A stretch of DNA of 63,723 nucleotides, filler included, from Reclinomonas americana ATCC 50394 (taxonomy: Eukaryota): assembly GCA_048213135.1 (NCBI GenBank). It is 16 parts of 16 records of this genome, joined end to end, with 100 filler letters (N's around TTAATTAATTAA, not from the genome) between each part and the next. Parts side by side here need not be neighbours in the genome. Positions count along the whole stretch, not along the records: positions 7,902 to 14,820 come from AFZH01018384.1; positions 14,921 to 18,528 come from AFZH01018386.1; positions 18,629 to 20,830 come from AFZH01018387.1; positions 20,931 to 25,830 come from AFZH01018389.1; 12 more parts are not named here. One strand, 5' to 3'. Below are positions 11,470 through 24,600 of this stretch, one piece after another (within the stretch, counting starts at the first letter, position 1; every line of letters starts with the position of its first letter). Position numbers and translations under genes: made by a program. Under the pieces are notes generated by a model, which saw only the letters and a list, made by a program, of their open reading frames with translations, was not told the DNA's origin and made no database searches.

Positions 11470-13709
11470 TCACAGGTTGGCGTCGTAAATGTCGTCTGTA
11501 AAACCAAAGCACAAGTCAGCATCGCAGTCTCATAAGACAGACAGCTCCCTCTCGTCGAAGACAACACCCTCTCGTATGATAAGACACACCTCGCTGTACG
11601 AAAATAAAGGGACGTTCTCAAATGTGACTCCAAAGCTTGCTCGTCAAGAATTGCACCCTCTCGCACTCTCCCCACACCGTGCTCTCGGTTGAGGAAAGTG
11701 CTTCTTCAAAGTGACACTTCCTTCTCCCAACCTCTTTCTCGGTCAGGAACGATCTTTCTCAACGTCCTCTCCACAGCTCGCTTGTCAACAACAGCACCCT
11801 CTCACACTCTCTCCACATTCCACTCTCTAAGAAGCGTAGCTACTTTATCTATCTCAAGCGCATTGTCTTCTCCCAAACCTCGCTCCCGGTCAACAACAAC
11901 GATCTTTATCACTGCGCTCTCCACGGCTCGCTCGTCAAAGCACACAGCTCGCTCTTGTCGAGCACAGGGGAGCTGCTACCTTAAAGAACAGCACCCTCTC
12001 AAAACGGACTGCTTTCTCCACATCTCTCTCGGTCAAGGATAGTTCCTCCCTGAATGTGATGCAAGCTGCCTTTTCCACAGCTCGCTCGCCAAGAACGGCA
12101 CCCTCTCGCACGCCGAGGCAGACACACCTCTCCCAATCACAGATAGCTTCTTCCACTTCGTGCTACAAGCTGCCACTCTACAGTTCGTCAAGAACGACAC
12201 CAATCTCGCACGATGAGACAGACACATTCTTCTTCGTGCCACACGCTGCCTATACCACAGCTCGCTCGTCAACAGCTGTACCCTCTCGCACGACGAGACA
12301 AACTGCTCTCTCCACACCTCTCTCGGTCATGGATAGCAACTTCACAAACAACCTTCTCCATCGCTGACGGTCAACGAGAAGCGTCCGTCCTCTTGTCAAG
12401 GACTGCCTCCTCCCCTACTTCAACAACAACAACCTCCCACACCGCGCTCTTTGTCGAGGACAGCTACACAAGCGGCCTCGACCCTTCTCAACCGTCTCAC
12501 TCTCGCTGGGGCTCGTGTGGCCAGCATAGCTCTCGACGGACCTCTGCATCGCTTATCCTCATCTGCTTCAACTCAACCAAGAGAAGTCATCTTCTCGATC
12601 ACAGCGTCTATTCTTGCTGACAAGTCTCCACAGCTGATTAACAAGTGAAATCATCTCCTCGATCACAGCGTCAATTCTTGCTAACAAGTCTCCACAGCCG
12701 TCTCGTTCTCTCAACCTTTCCCTCCTCCCTTCCCCTTAACCCTCCCTCCTCCCTTCCCCCCTTTACCCTCCACGCAACAGTGCGACTGCGCCATGCCCAA
12801 CCGCGAGTACGTGCGCTTGGCCACCTGCTCGAAATCAGCAATCATTCCTCCTTTCCTTCTCCTTCCCCTCTCCACAAACCTCATTGCCGCGATCCACCAA
12901 CAGACGCAGCGACACGGCCCCACTCGCCCGCGCCTCCTTCTCAATGTGTCGGTACAGAGTACCAAACACGCCCATGCGGCGGAACGGTTTGGCCACGAAC
13001 ACACTCTGAATCCTAATCGACATGACCCCGAATGGCAAGTCAGCTCCCGAAACACAACACAATAGAAGACGACCGCTCACTTGCTCACTCACCAGATGTG
13101 GTTCGAGTTGCGCCAGTCGTCCCACTCAAACCTGCACAAGCAAAAGAGGCGGGAAGAAGTGTCAGCACAATCAGTCTTTCTCTCACACAGACACACAAGC
13201 AGTGACGCAACGTGGTCATGGTACACCCGGCAATTGACTCTATTGTGCGTGTGTGAGAGGAGTCGCGAGGAACGCCACAGAGTGTGAGAAAAAACAAAAC
13301 AAGGTGATCACGTGATGTGCATCTCCCCACGCAAACAAAAAAAAGTCTCATCTCGACTCACCTCCCACGCAAGCGACGTAGTAGACGCCACGAATGGGGT
13401 TGTTGAGCAGATTGCGAATGCCCTTTTCCACCGTCTCTGCGCACCACGAAGAAAGAGCGAGTGTGAGAAGAAAAAAGAGAATCTTCGCATCTCTCTCTTC
13501 TTCGCCTCTCACTCACCCTGCGACAGCACCGAGCCCTCACTCTCCATGGCGTTCTCCACCTGGAAGGCGGCGATCGTGGGGATGTCGTCCTCGGTGGCGG
13601 CGCGCACCGTCACCATCTCACGCATCTCGACCACAACAGGCACAGTGGCAGGCGCAGGGGCGGTGGCAGTGGCGCCATCCACTAACATCATCATCTCACG
13701 GTCTTCCAT
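11470..13709 (-). CDS. GNAT family N-acetyltransferase
   Basis: Spliced product contains VTVRAATEDDIPTIAAFQVENAMESEG, FEWDDWRN, IQSVFVAKPFRRMGVFGTLY (acetyl-CoA motif), LRLLVDRGN, AKRTYSRLGMAQSH|YDIYDANL*. The last exon, 11470-11495, follows a 1.3-kb intron. Confidence 0.88.
11535..12320. repeat. Degenerate repeat units inside the last GNAT intron
   Basis: About 7 variants of ACAGCTCGCTCGTCAAGAAC.GCACCCTCTCGCAC near 11541, 11634, 11773, 11922, 12077, 12180 and 12257. Confidence 0.7.
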
Positions 13710-14402
13710 GGCTCAAATCGGTGGTGGGGGGGTTGGGGAGTGCGAAAGGACACGAACGGAATCGTTGCGACGGGAGTGACAAAACCACAGCTGCGCATGG
13801 AGAGGGAGAAGAAGGGGTGGGGTGAGTAAGTGAGAGAGGCGTGATGAAAGGGCGAGAGAAAAGGAGAGCGACGAAACCTATGCGCGGTAAGAGGGGAGAA
13901 GAAATGGGTAAGTCGGTCAACTGGAGCGGACGGTGGAAATGAAGCGCCGTGAACAACACCAAGAGCAGCTGGCTTGATCAGGAGAGGATCGCTGCAGATC
14001 TAGAACAGCAAAGCATCGTACTCCAAGCATCAGTCTTGAAAGCCGCGCTTCGTCTTTTCTCGCCATTTCAAATTGTTTTTTTCGCGCGCTCTCGGAGCTT
14101 CAAACAAGTCGAGGAATGTGATCATGTACATCCCACACAGACATTGCGCTTGCTGAAAGCACTTCCGAGCTGCAGTTGCACAAGGGATCATTTTTTGTTC
14201 GAATTTATGTTCGATTTGGTCACTCTCGTGCTCTGTGCGCGCGTCAAGTCGACGCCAGTGGACAACTGCACACAGCGCTCCTTCGTGCATGTGTGTGCGC
14301 GCTTAACACGCTTGCCGCTTGTCTTGTCTCACATTTCCACTGTTCTGCGTGGGTGAACGGACAGTTGCAACGGTTGAGATTTTCTTGTGATTTGCGCGGG
14401 AT

Positions 14403-14520
14403 ATGAGCAAGAGGCGAGAGAGGGATCGTGGTGGTGATGGAGGCGGGGAGTCGTCTGCGCCTGCGGCGCCTGCGAAGAAGGATTTGTGGGCGTTGTTGGA
14501 GGAGTCGAAGAATATTGAAG
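14403..14520 (+). CDS. Probable first exon of an unidentified gene (remainder in gap)
   Basis: ATG-initiated MSKRRERDRGGDGGGESSAPAAPAKKDLWALLEESKNIE followed by a GT donor and a GA/CT-rich intron. Confidence 0.45.
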
Positions 14521-14783
14521 GTGGGGGAGGGGAAGAGATGAGTGAGATGAGGGAGACAAGGGAGAGGGAGAGGGGGAGGAGAGAGGGAGAGGGGGAGAGA
14601 AGGGGAGGAGAAGAAAGGAATGGGCGAGTGTCGGTTGACATTGATTGCTTGACTCTGTTCTGTCTCTATCACTCCCTGTCTCACTGCATCCCTTCCTCCT
14701 CAACTCCCTCATTCTCTGGCTGTGCCTTCTCTGACTCTGCCTCTTCTTATCGTTGTCGCTTCCCTCTCTCTCTCTCTCTCTTT

Positions 14784-14820
<37 letters not shown>

Positions 14821-14977
14821 NNNNNNNNNNNNNNNNNNNNNNNNNNNNNNNNNNNNNNNNNNNNTTAATTAATTAANNNNNNNNNNNNNNNNNNNNNNNN
14901 NNNNNNNNNNNNNNNNNNNNTCGCCCTTCTCCCCCCTCCCCTCCCCTTCCCCTCCCCTCCCTTCCCCTATATCGCAC

Positions 14978-15596
14978 CTCCTCTCGCATGGCCTGTCGCA
15001 CCCTCCTCGCCCTCTCCAACACCTCCGTCGCCTCACCCTCGCTCGCCTCCCTCCGCCGCTTCCTCTCCGCCCTCCGCTGCTCCACCTCCTGCGAGTGCCT
15101 CTCGATCTCCTCCCGCAGCACCGCCAACGCCGATCGCGCCACCTGCGCACCTCGCCGCACCTCCTGCTCATGCGCCTCCATCAACGCCAATCGCGAGCGC
15201 ATCGCCTGCTCATCGCTGCCGCCACCAACAACAACGGCAGAGACAGTCGCCGCCGGCTCGCGTCCCAGCAGCCTCGCGCAATGCCGATCAATGGCCTCGC
15301 GCAACGCCGCTCGTCGCTCCTGCGCATCGCACACCGCCAGCGCCAATCGATCGTCCTCTTCCTCCTCCTCCTCTGTCTCCTCGCGCGCCTCACAGTCAGG
15401 CACTGCAAGGCGATCGATGCGTCGAGCGAGCCACGTGGCGGCCTCCTCGCGTCGCACCGCCCACTCGCGCGCGCTCATCACCGAGTCGTCACCAGCAACT
15501 GTTCGCGCGCGATTCTGCGCGCATTGTGCGGCGGCATTGTGCAGCGCGATCGAGGAGCGATCCAGTACGTTGATCGCCGGCAACAGGCGCAACATT
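14978..15596 (-). CDS. Hypothetical coiled-coil protein, 5' exon
   Basis: Open frame MLRLLPAINVLDRSS...EEIERHSQEVEQRRAERKRRREASEGE...MREE then a GTGCG donor; E/R/A-rich heptads. An alternative start exists at 15661. Confidence 0.6.
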
Positions 15597-15680
15597 GCGA
15601 AGAAAAGAGATGGGAAGAGCGCGCGCGAAAAAATCGATCGCAGCGATCGATGAACGGCCACTATTGAACGGTCTCATCAC

Positions 15681-18600
15681 ATGTCTGACAAGCGCAAGCG
15701 TGGCTCTGAGCTGGTTCATCTCTTAGCACACACACACACGCGCACACATGCACACACACCCACACACACACTCTCTCACACGCACACTCCCCACTTCATA
15801 ATCGTTCACTCTGCTGCTCTCATGACTCTCTCTCCTTCTCCCTCCCTTCGCTCCCTTCCCCCTCCCTTCTGCCTCTCCTTCTCCCCCCTCTCAGTACAAG
15901 CGATTCAAGGCGCGCCAAGAAGGCGGCGACTCCAACGCCACCGACGACTCGCAGCTATCGACGACTGCCAACGACTCATCTGCGGCTCATCTCCAGCAGT
16001 CGCCCTCGCCCTCGCCTTCGCCTTTGCCTGCTCCCTCGTCTGCTTCTTCCGTTGTGTCGCCGCTTCCGCCACCAGCGATTTCGTTGACACATGGCACGCC
16101 GGAGAAACAATCGTCGCGCCTGCTGCCCACTGATCATGGAGGAGGAGAGAGAGGCGGAGGGGAGATTGGTGTGTCGGGTGCGTTGGTCGACGACGAGGTG
16201 CTGCTGGTCGATCAGTCGACGATTTTGCAGGATGTGTCGGCGGCCGTGTCGAGAATCGATGATGACGATGATGATGATGACGAGGGTGGTATCGCGCGGA
16301 TGAGAGCGCGTGACAGTGAGGTGAGACGCATGTGCGCGTTGCGGAGGCACGGTTTTGTGTTGACTCTCGGGAGTGGCAGCGATCGCCTGCGGGTGCCTCG
16401 GTGTCGCAGGCGCTGCTGGAGCAGGAGCAGCAGGCGCGGCAGGCGGCCGAGGCGCAGAATGTGACGCTGCGCAGTCGTGTGAGAGAGCTGGAGACGCAGG
16501 TGGGCAACGAGAGAATAGGGCGATTCTGTGCTGCATTTTTGTTCTCACGTTTCGGTGCAGTGCACGGCGCTGCGCGAGGAGAGCGAGGATCGACATCGGA
16601 GTGAGGCGGCGCTGGCGCTGAAGAACCGCGAGGCGCAGCGCGAGTTGCAGGTCCGTCTCTCTGGTGAATCCATGTGCATGGATTCACGCTGTGGACTCAC
16701 TGGGCGTGCTTGCAGGAGAGTCGAAAGCAGGTGCACGACGCACAAGAGCACCGTGAACGAGTGGAGAAGGAGGTTGGTCTCCGTTGCATGCAGCGTGACA
16801 TGTGGATCGCTCCTCACACCGTTTTTTCCACCCGACTGCAGCTGGCCTCTGTTCAAGAGCGCGTGCAGAAAGCCGAGAGTGTGCTGGCGGTTACTGTTGG
16901 CGAGGTAGACGGTGGCGTGAGAGCCCTTTGTCTTTCATGTTTGCCAGCTGACTGTTGTCGCGCCCAGTTGGAACGGAGTACGACGCAGCGAGCGGCGTTG
17001 GAGGAGCAAGCGAGGCAGCATGCCGAGGTGTGAGGAGGCTTGCTTGCTTGCGTGATCATTTTCTCTTTCCTGATTGATAATTTGCGCTGTGTGTGCGACA
17101 GCTTGATGTCGCGCGGCAAAAGAGACTCGCCGATTTGGAAAACGCATTGGAGGAGGTCGGTCACGCGACTCCTGTTCACGTTGGTCTCTCTCCCTTTCTC
17201 GCTTTCCCCCGTTTTCTTGGTCGTCCTTGCAATCTCTCTCTTTGTCTCGCTCCTTGTCGGCATCGCTGTGTCTCGCTCCTTCTCTGTCTTCCTTTATGTC
17301 TCGGTCTCACTCCATTTTGTGTCGTTCTAGCTTTGTGTCGCTCCATCTTGGCTTCTCTCCGTCTCGGTCTCTCTCCGTCTCGGTCTCTCTCCGTCTCGGT
17401 CTCACTCCTTTCTGTCGCGCTCCCTCTCTGTCTCGCTGCATTCTGTCTCGGTCCGTATCGGTCTCTCTCCATCTCGGTCTCTCTCCATCTCGGTTTCGCT
17501 CCGTGTCGATTTCGCTCCGTCTCGGTCTCTCTCCGTCTCGGTCTCTCTCCATCTCGGTCTCGCTCAATCTCGGTCTCGCTCAATCTCGGTCTCGCTCAAT
17601 CTCGGTCTCGCTCAATCTCGGTCTCGCTCCGTCTCGGTCTCGCGCCGTCTGTGTCCCGCTCCTTCTCGGTCTCGCTCCGACTTTGTCTTGCTTCCTCTCT
17701 CTCCCTCTCCTTCTTCCTTTTCCTCTTCCTCTCTCTCTGTCTCCCTCTCTGTCTTTCTCTTCTCTCTTTCTCTCTTCTGTCATTCCCCCTCTCTTCCCCC
17801 CTCTCTCTCTGTCTCCCTCTGTCTTTCTCTTCTCTCTTTCTCTCTTCTGTCATTCCCCCTCTCTTCCCCCCTCTCTCCCTCTCCCTCACTCTCTTTCTCT
17901 CTGTGCCTTCATGCTGCGCTCACATTGCACTGCGTGCAGGCCAAGAAGCGCGAACAGGATTTGAGTCGAGAGGTTTGCTGGATCAAGTGTGAATCACCAA
18001 GTTATGCACGTCACTCACAGCGCGAACGTCACAGCTCGACACGCTGCGTCAGCGCACAAGCGAGGAGACGGGTGTGGCGCAGAGCAAGGAGACCGAGGTT
18101 TGGGAACACTCGTGTTCCATTGCAATGGGCAGTGTCTTCCACTGACTCTCATCCACTGTGTTGCTCTTCAACAGCTCGCACAATTGCGCAGCCAGTGCGC
18201 GGAATTGGGGTCGGCCAAGAGCAAGCTGGAGGCCAAGGTCGCTTGGCGTGCTAACTGTAGCTGTGCTCTGTGTGGGAGAAAGCTGATTGATTGCCGTGTG
18301 CGATGCAGATTGCCGAGCACGTGGCGTCAACTCGACAGCTGGATGCCGTTGTGCAGACACTGGAGCAGGAGGTTGGTGGAGAGGGGGAGAGAAGGAGAGG
18401 CAAACAAGGAGAGGGGAAGAAAGAGAGGAGAAGAGAAGAGAGGAGAGGAGAGGAGAGGAGAGGAGAGGAGAGGAGAGGAGAGGAGAGGAGAGGAGAGGAG
18501 AGGAGAGGAGAGGAGAGGAGAGGAGAGGNNNNNNNNNNNNNNNNNNNNNNNNNNNNNNNNNNNNNNNNNNNNTTAATTAATTAANNNNNNNNNNNNNNNN

Positions 18601-21600
18601 NNNNNNNNNNNNNNNNNNNNNNNNNNNNGGGGAGAGGAGTGGAAGAGGAAGAGGAAGAGAAGAAAGAGGAAGGAGAAAGAAGTAGTAATTGAGACAACGT
18701 GGTTCTTGCGCACATCAATCGCGAGCTATAAGAAGAAGTTACCGTAATCTACTGAGGCGCACACTGACATTGAGCGAATGACAATCGTCCTTTCTAACCT
18801 CTCCCTCTTCGTCTCGCTCTCCTTCTCCCTCTCATTTTCCCTCTCCTTCTCCCTCTCTCCTTCTCCGTTTCTCCTTCTCTCCCTCTCCCTCTTCCTCGTC
18901 TCCTTGTTCTCGTCCGCATCACTGTTTCCTCATTGTCTCTTCTATTTCTCTCTCATTTTCCCTTCCGGCTCCTCATTATTCTTCCCATTCCCGTGCTCTT
19001 ACTTCTTCCGCGTCCCTTCCTCTCCCCTCCCTCTCTCTTTTTCTTCGCCTCTCCGTCATCTCACATCCTCCACTCTCTCCTTATTTGGCGTCCGATTGCT
19101 AACTCGCTTGCGCTCCGTGTATTGCAGTTGCATCAACTGCGCAGCGAGGTGAATCCAACTTGTAGGTCTTTTGTCAAACCTGTCATTATCACACTCACTT
19201 TGAGAGGCTCTGCCGTTCATCTCTCGCCAGGCGGCCAACAGTCTTGTCATGCAAGAAGCACACGACACCGAGGTGAGATGATTTCGCGATTGCAGTCAAG
19301 CTCTTCGTTTCGAGCTGTCGCCTGACCACTTGCTGGGCAGGTGGCCGAGCTGGAGAGTCAGCTGGCGGCCTTGCAAGCGCAGTTGGAGGTGAGATGTGCG
19401 TTGTGTGCTTCTTGATCTGTCCGTGCCTCATCGCTCGTTTCCGTATAGCGCGCCAAGGCAAGCGGCGAGAGCGAATCGGTACGTTCTTCTCAATCGCATT
19501 GTTGTTCAGTACCTGCTAAATTGACTTGATTGTTTCGTGCGAGCAGTCGACAAAGGCGCAGCTCGATCGCGTATCCGGAGAGGCACGTCCTGTATTGATT
19601 TCGCTTCTTCGAAATTTGCAGATGACTCACTTGATGCGCACAGCTGACTGCGCTGGCTGCCGAGAAGGGCAAACTGGAAGACGAAGTGCAGCGATTGGGT
19701 GCCGAGGTACAGTCTCACTTCTTTGATATATTTTCTTTCTCGACAACTGGCTCATCGTGGGGAGTGGCAGCTGGCGAGCTCACGTTCCGCACACGAAGTG
19801 CGAGTGAAGCAGCTGGAGAACGAGGTGTGACTTTTCATGTAATGTTTTGTCGTAGCGCCCTGTTCTGACTGCTATTCTCCGCTCTCCACAGCTGTCCGAG
19901 TCGCAGGAGAAGAACACGGAGATGATTCAGTTGATTGCCGGTCTCCAAATCGAGGTCTGTTTCTGCTCTTCGTTCGTTTGCATGAGTACGTGCATCTCAA
20001 TATCACCCTCGCAGGTGGCCAATGAGCGTGCAGCACAAAATCAGACGGGTGGCCACTTGCAGGAGCAGGAGGCCGAGGTTTGTTGCTGGATTGAGTGGAT
20101 GCCGATCATTATGATGTGGTTCTCACCGTGCTCGTTTGGATGGCGTAGCTGGAGGCACTGCGAGAGGAGAACGAGACGCTGGTTGGCGAAATGCAGGACG
20201 CGCTGGCACAGGTTCTTTTTGTGGTCGTTGATTGAGCTTCCTGCATTATCCGTGGCTCACGCGCACTTGTACTTCTGATGCAGCTCGACGCGATTGCTCG
20301 CGCGCACGAGAAAGAGAGTGCAGAGCTGCAGACTGCTGTCAACCATCTGCGTGAAGAGGTCTGTCTTGCTCACTCTCTGGTTGTTGTCTTTTGACACCCT
20401 TCTCTCACCTGATGGCGCCGCTGCTGCAGTTGGCCGACAAGGAGAAGCAAGTGGAACATGAGCGTCGTGAGGTGGGTGCTGTCATGTTCATGTTGGTATT
20501 TGGCGTCGCTCATCGTCACTTCTGTCATGTGCACAGTCCAAATTATTGCACGAGAAGCTTGCAAACCTGGAGAAGTCGTCGCAACAAGCCGGGACGGCTG
20601 CGCAGCAGTGTACCGCACTGCAAGGCGAATTGGATGCTCTCAAGAGGCAATCGGAGAGCAAAGTGCGCGAAATCGACGTCGCTACTTGCTTCCCACACGC
20701 TTTGGTGTCGTCTCACATGCGCTGCACAGCTGGTCGAAGCGGAGGAGAAGCAGGCAGAGCTGGAGGGCGAGGTGAATGGCTATCATTCTCCGCACATCTC
20801 AATCACAATGTCTCTCACAGCCATCTGTTTNNNNNNNNNNNNNNNNNNNNNNNNNNNNNNNNNNNNNNNNNNNNTTAATTAATTAANNNNNNNNNNNNNN
20901 NNNNNNNNNNNNNNNNNNNNNNNNNNNNNNGAGGGAAGAGGGAAGAGGGAAGAGGGAAGAGGGAAGAGGGAAGAGGGAAGAGGAAAGAGGAAAGAGGAAA
21001 GAGGAAAGAGGAAAGAGGAAAGAGGAAAGAGGAAAGAGGAAGAGGACGAGGAAGACGCAGGGGTAGAAGAACGAGGAAGAGGTAGGACGAAGGTGAAAGT
21101 AGTCGACGAGAAAGACGGGAAGAAGCAGGTTACTGGCGGTGTTGGCGGGATATCATGCAGGGAACTGAGCAGAGGAAAGATTCAGAATATGAGGGAGTTG
21201 CCACGTGACCTGTATGCTCAGCAACTCACTCTTTCTCGTCTCTATGTGCAGTTGCGCTCTCAAGCAAAGCGCCTCACACACGACAAGGAACAAATGGAGT
21301 TGGGCATCAAGGAGAAGAGTGCGCTGTCGGAGGCAACCAACGGCAAGCTGGCTGACGCTCAGAGGCGGCTGGACGAGGCTCTCAAGGAGGTGGCAGTGCA
21401 GCGCAAGAAGGCAGAGCAGAGGTGTGTCCACGTATGTTGTCCAGCGCTGTCTTGCCTTTCCACTCACTGTGCAATTCAAAGTGTGAAACAACGCGACACA
21501 CTACAGCAGCAAGTCGAGCAACTGCAGCTGGTACAGTTGCAGGCTGGTGCCACTGTGGAGGAGAAGACTCTGGCACTCGAAAAGAAGTGGCAGGAGGCTG

Positions 21601-24600
21601 CTGCGACTGCGGACTCGCTGCGACGAGAGCGAGCCGAACTGGAGGATCGCACGGCTCAATTGGTGCGTACGATTGTGCGTGCAGTACGATGAAAATCAGG
21701 GGTCTCACTTGGGTTGTCTCCTCGCGCAGGAGCGTCGCCTGGAGGAGACGGTAAGTTGTCAGTTGATCACCCTGCTCATCCACATTGCATTAATTCCTTC
21801 TCTCGACATGTATGCAGAACAACTCCACTGCTGCACGCATTGCAGAGTTGGAAAAGGCGCTCGCTGTCGCCACGGATCAGGTGAATGAGGTCGACTCACT
21901 TTCTGTTCGTGTCCCATCCCTCACATGAACGATTGCAGTTGTCAAGCGAGGCTTCCGCGCGCCAGCAGTCGAGTGCACAGGCAGTTGCGCTTGCTGATGT
22001 GCCGACTCTGGTGCTGTGTGCACAACCTAATGTGTGCCTGCTGTACAGGAATCTGCTGACAGCCAGCTGCGTGACATGCAAAGCGCGCTGGCGGAAGCCC
22101 TTCGTCAGCAGCAGCAAGCTGTTGAAGAGAGCGAGGAGAATGCTGGGCGCGCCGATCGACTCGAGCAAGAGGTATGTACAAGTGGTTGACGATGGCGAAG
22201 TCCGTTGCATTCGCTAATCGGCTGTGCCTGCAGTTGCGAGCGCAGATTGAGCGCATGTCTGGTCTGGAGTTGCAGCTCGTGGAACGTGATGCCGAATTGA
22301 CAACGGCTTCTGACTTGGTTTGTTTGTGTCGCTTATGAATTCCGCTGGTGGCTGACGCTGATCGGTGCTTGTAGATGGATGACCTGCGCGAGCAAATTCG
22401 AGAGCGTGATCTGGAGATTGCCCGACTGTCATCGGGCAGCAACGAATCGGTGCGTTTGTTAGACTGAAGACTGGCTGGTTTCGTCGACATCCACCTTATA
22501 TGTGTGCTGTGGCAGCAACTGGAGGTGCAGCAACTGCGCGCAGCAAAGGTGGCTGCAGAGGACGCGGTTTGTTTGCGGAATGATTGCAAAGATTGGCTTG
22601 TCTTTGCTCTTTCTTATGCTTTGTGTGACAGGGCCGGGAAGACAAGCAGCGCTTCGAGGCGGTCTTGCTGGAGGAGAAGGAGCGCCGAGGCAAGGCGGAG
22701 ACCGATTTGCAGCAGGTGACGTCGCGATCTAATGCTTGTTGGTGTGTGATGAGTGCTCACTGTCCACGATGCAATCCAGATCATGTCGGAAAAGCTGCTG
22801 CTCCAGCAACAGGTTGGCGTTCCTCCTCACTATGTTTTTTCATGAATGCTTGTCGTCGGTCTCATTTATGGTGGGGTGTATGACGCAGCTGTGTGCCGCG
22901 GACGCCTTGTCGGAATCGGAGGTGTGAAATTGATGCAGCATCTATCACCGTAGTTTGTGATCTCTCACTTTGCCGCTCGAGTGCAGAAATCAAGTCTCAC
23001 GGTGCAATTGGCCGTGGCGCAGGTGTGCTGCTGCGAAAAGGAGGAAGAGGGAGAGCAGGGAGGAGGAGGGTGCTGGGAGGAGGAAAGAGGAAGGAAGGGA
23101 GAAGGAGAGGACGAGAATGAGAGGAAAAGAATGAGAGCAGATAGGAAGAGAGAGCAGGTAGGGTTAGAGAGATCAGGCAGAGAGAGAGAGGAGGGGGAAA
23201 GTGAGTAAGTATTTGTGTGTGTGTGAGAGAGAGAGAGTGAGTAATAGCACACACACATAGAGAGAGAGAGAGAGAAAGAGAAGAGAAAGATGAGAGAGAA
23301 TGAGTGAGAATGAGAGAGTGGAAGAATGCAAAAGAAATAGAAGAGTGTGAGAGAGGGAGCATGGAGGGGGGAGAGGACAAGAACGAGAGACGGAGAGAGA
23401 CGAGTGAAAGAAAGAGAAGAGAATAATGAGAGAGAAAGAGTGAGAATGAGTGAGAGGAATAATTCGATAGAAGCAGAAGTGTGCGTGTGTGAGAGAAAGA
23501 GGGCAAGAGAGAGAGGGAGAGCAGGGAGGAGGGTGGAGGTGAGAGACAAACAGATAGACACGAGCAGGCGGTCTGAGATAGATCTGGGAAAATGCAACAG
23601 AAATTGACGCAATACGAGTGGGAGAGAGATGATTGAAGGAGGGAGAAAGAGAAGAGAAATAGAATAGAAGGAAAGAGAAAATCAGGCAGATAAAGAGACT
23701 GGGAGAACGGTGGGAGAGGTTGGAGTGTGAGAAGGAGAAGAGACAATTTTGTCGGTGGTTGATTTTTTGTTCGCATGGTTGTAGGAGAGAGTGGCCGAGC
23801 TTGCGCGAGATTTGGAGGCAGCGGGTCGAGATCGACAGCTGCTGGAGGAACGCTGTGCGCGACTGGAGACGTCCAAGGCCGCAGATGCATCGGATGTCCA
23901 CGGTGGACAGCACCAGCAGTTGGCGCAGTTGCAGGCAGAGCTGGCGCAGGTGAGTGATAGGCAGAGGGTGCTTGAAGGGGAATGGATGGGGGAAGGAAAG
24001 GGAATATCAGAGTCAAGTTGCAATTGCAAGAATGAGATGGTGGGAAAGTTGAAGGTGGAGAGAGAGAGAGAGAGAGATAGAGGGAGAGAGAGAGAGTGGA
24101 AACGGACTGCTTGCCTGAGATGTTATTTGTGAGGAAAGAGATGCTCGATGAAGAGGAGAAACCGATCGTTGAAAGTTGAAGCGGATTAGAAATGGACCGC
24201 TCGTGAGAAAAGAGAAGATTTAAGAAGAGTAGAGAAGGAATCATAGACTTGGTTGGAGCGGGGTAAGAGAATGAGTGGAAAACTGCTTGCTGGAGATTTT
24301 ACTCGTGAGGAAGAAATGGTCGATGAAGAGGAGAAACCGAGAGTTGAAAGTTGAAGCGTGGTAGAGAATGAGTAGAACCAGACCGCTTGACGGAGATGTT
24401 GCTTGGGAGGCACAGATGGTGGGAGACGAGGAGAGAGCGAAGCATTGACTTGTTGAAGCGGATTAGAGATCAACCACCTGATGGAGATGTTACTCGTGAG
24501 GAAGAGATGGTCGATGAAAGAAGACAAGGAATGGTGACATTGAAGCGGGATAGAGAGCGAGTGTGTACGGACCGCTTGACGGAGATATTGCGACTTGTTA

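Noticed and set aside
11535..12320. Spaced repeats resembling a CRISPR array
   Set aside because: Repeats are degenerate, irregularly spaced and inside a spliceosomal intron; no cas genes; eukaryotic context.
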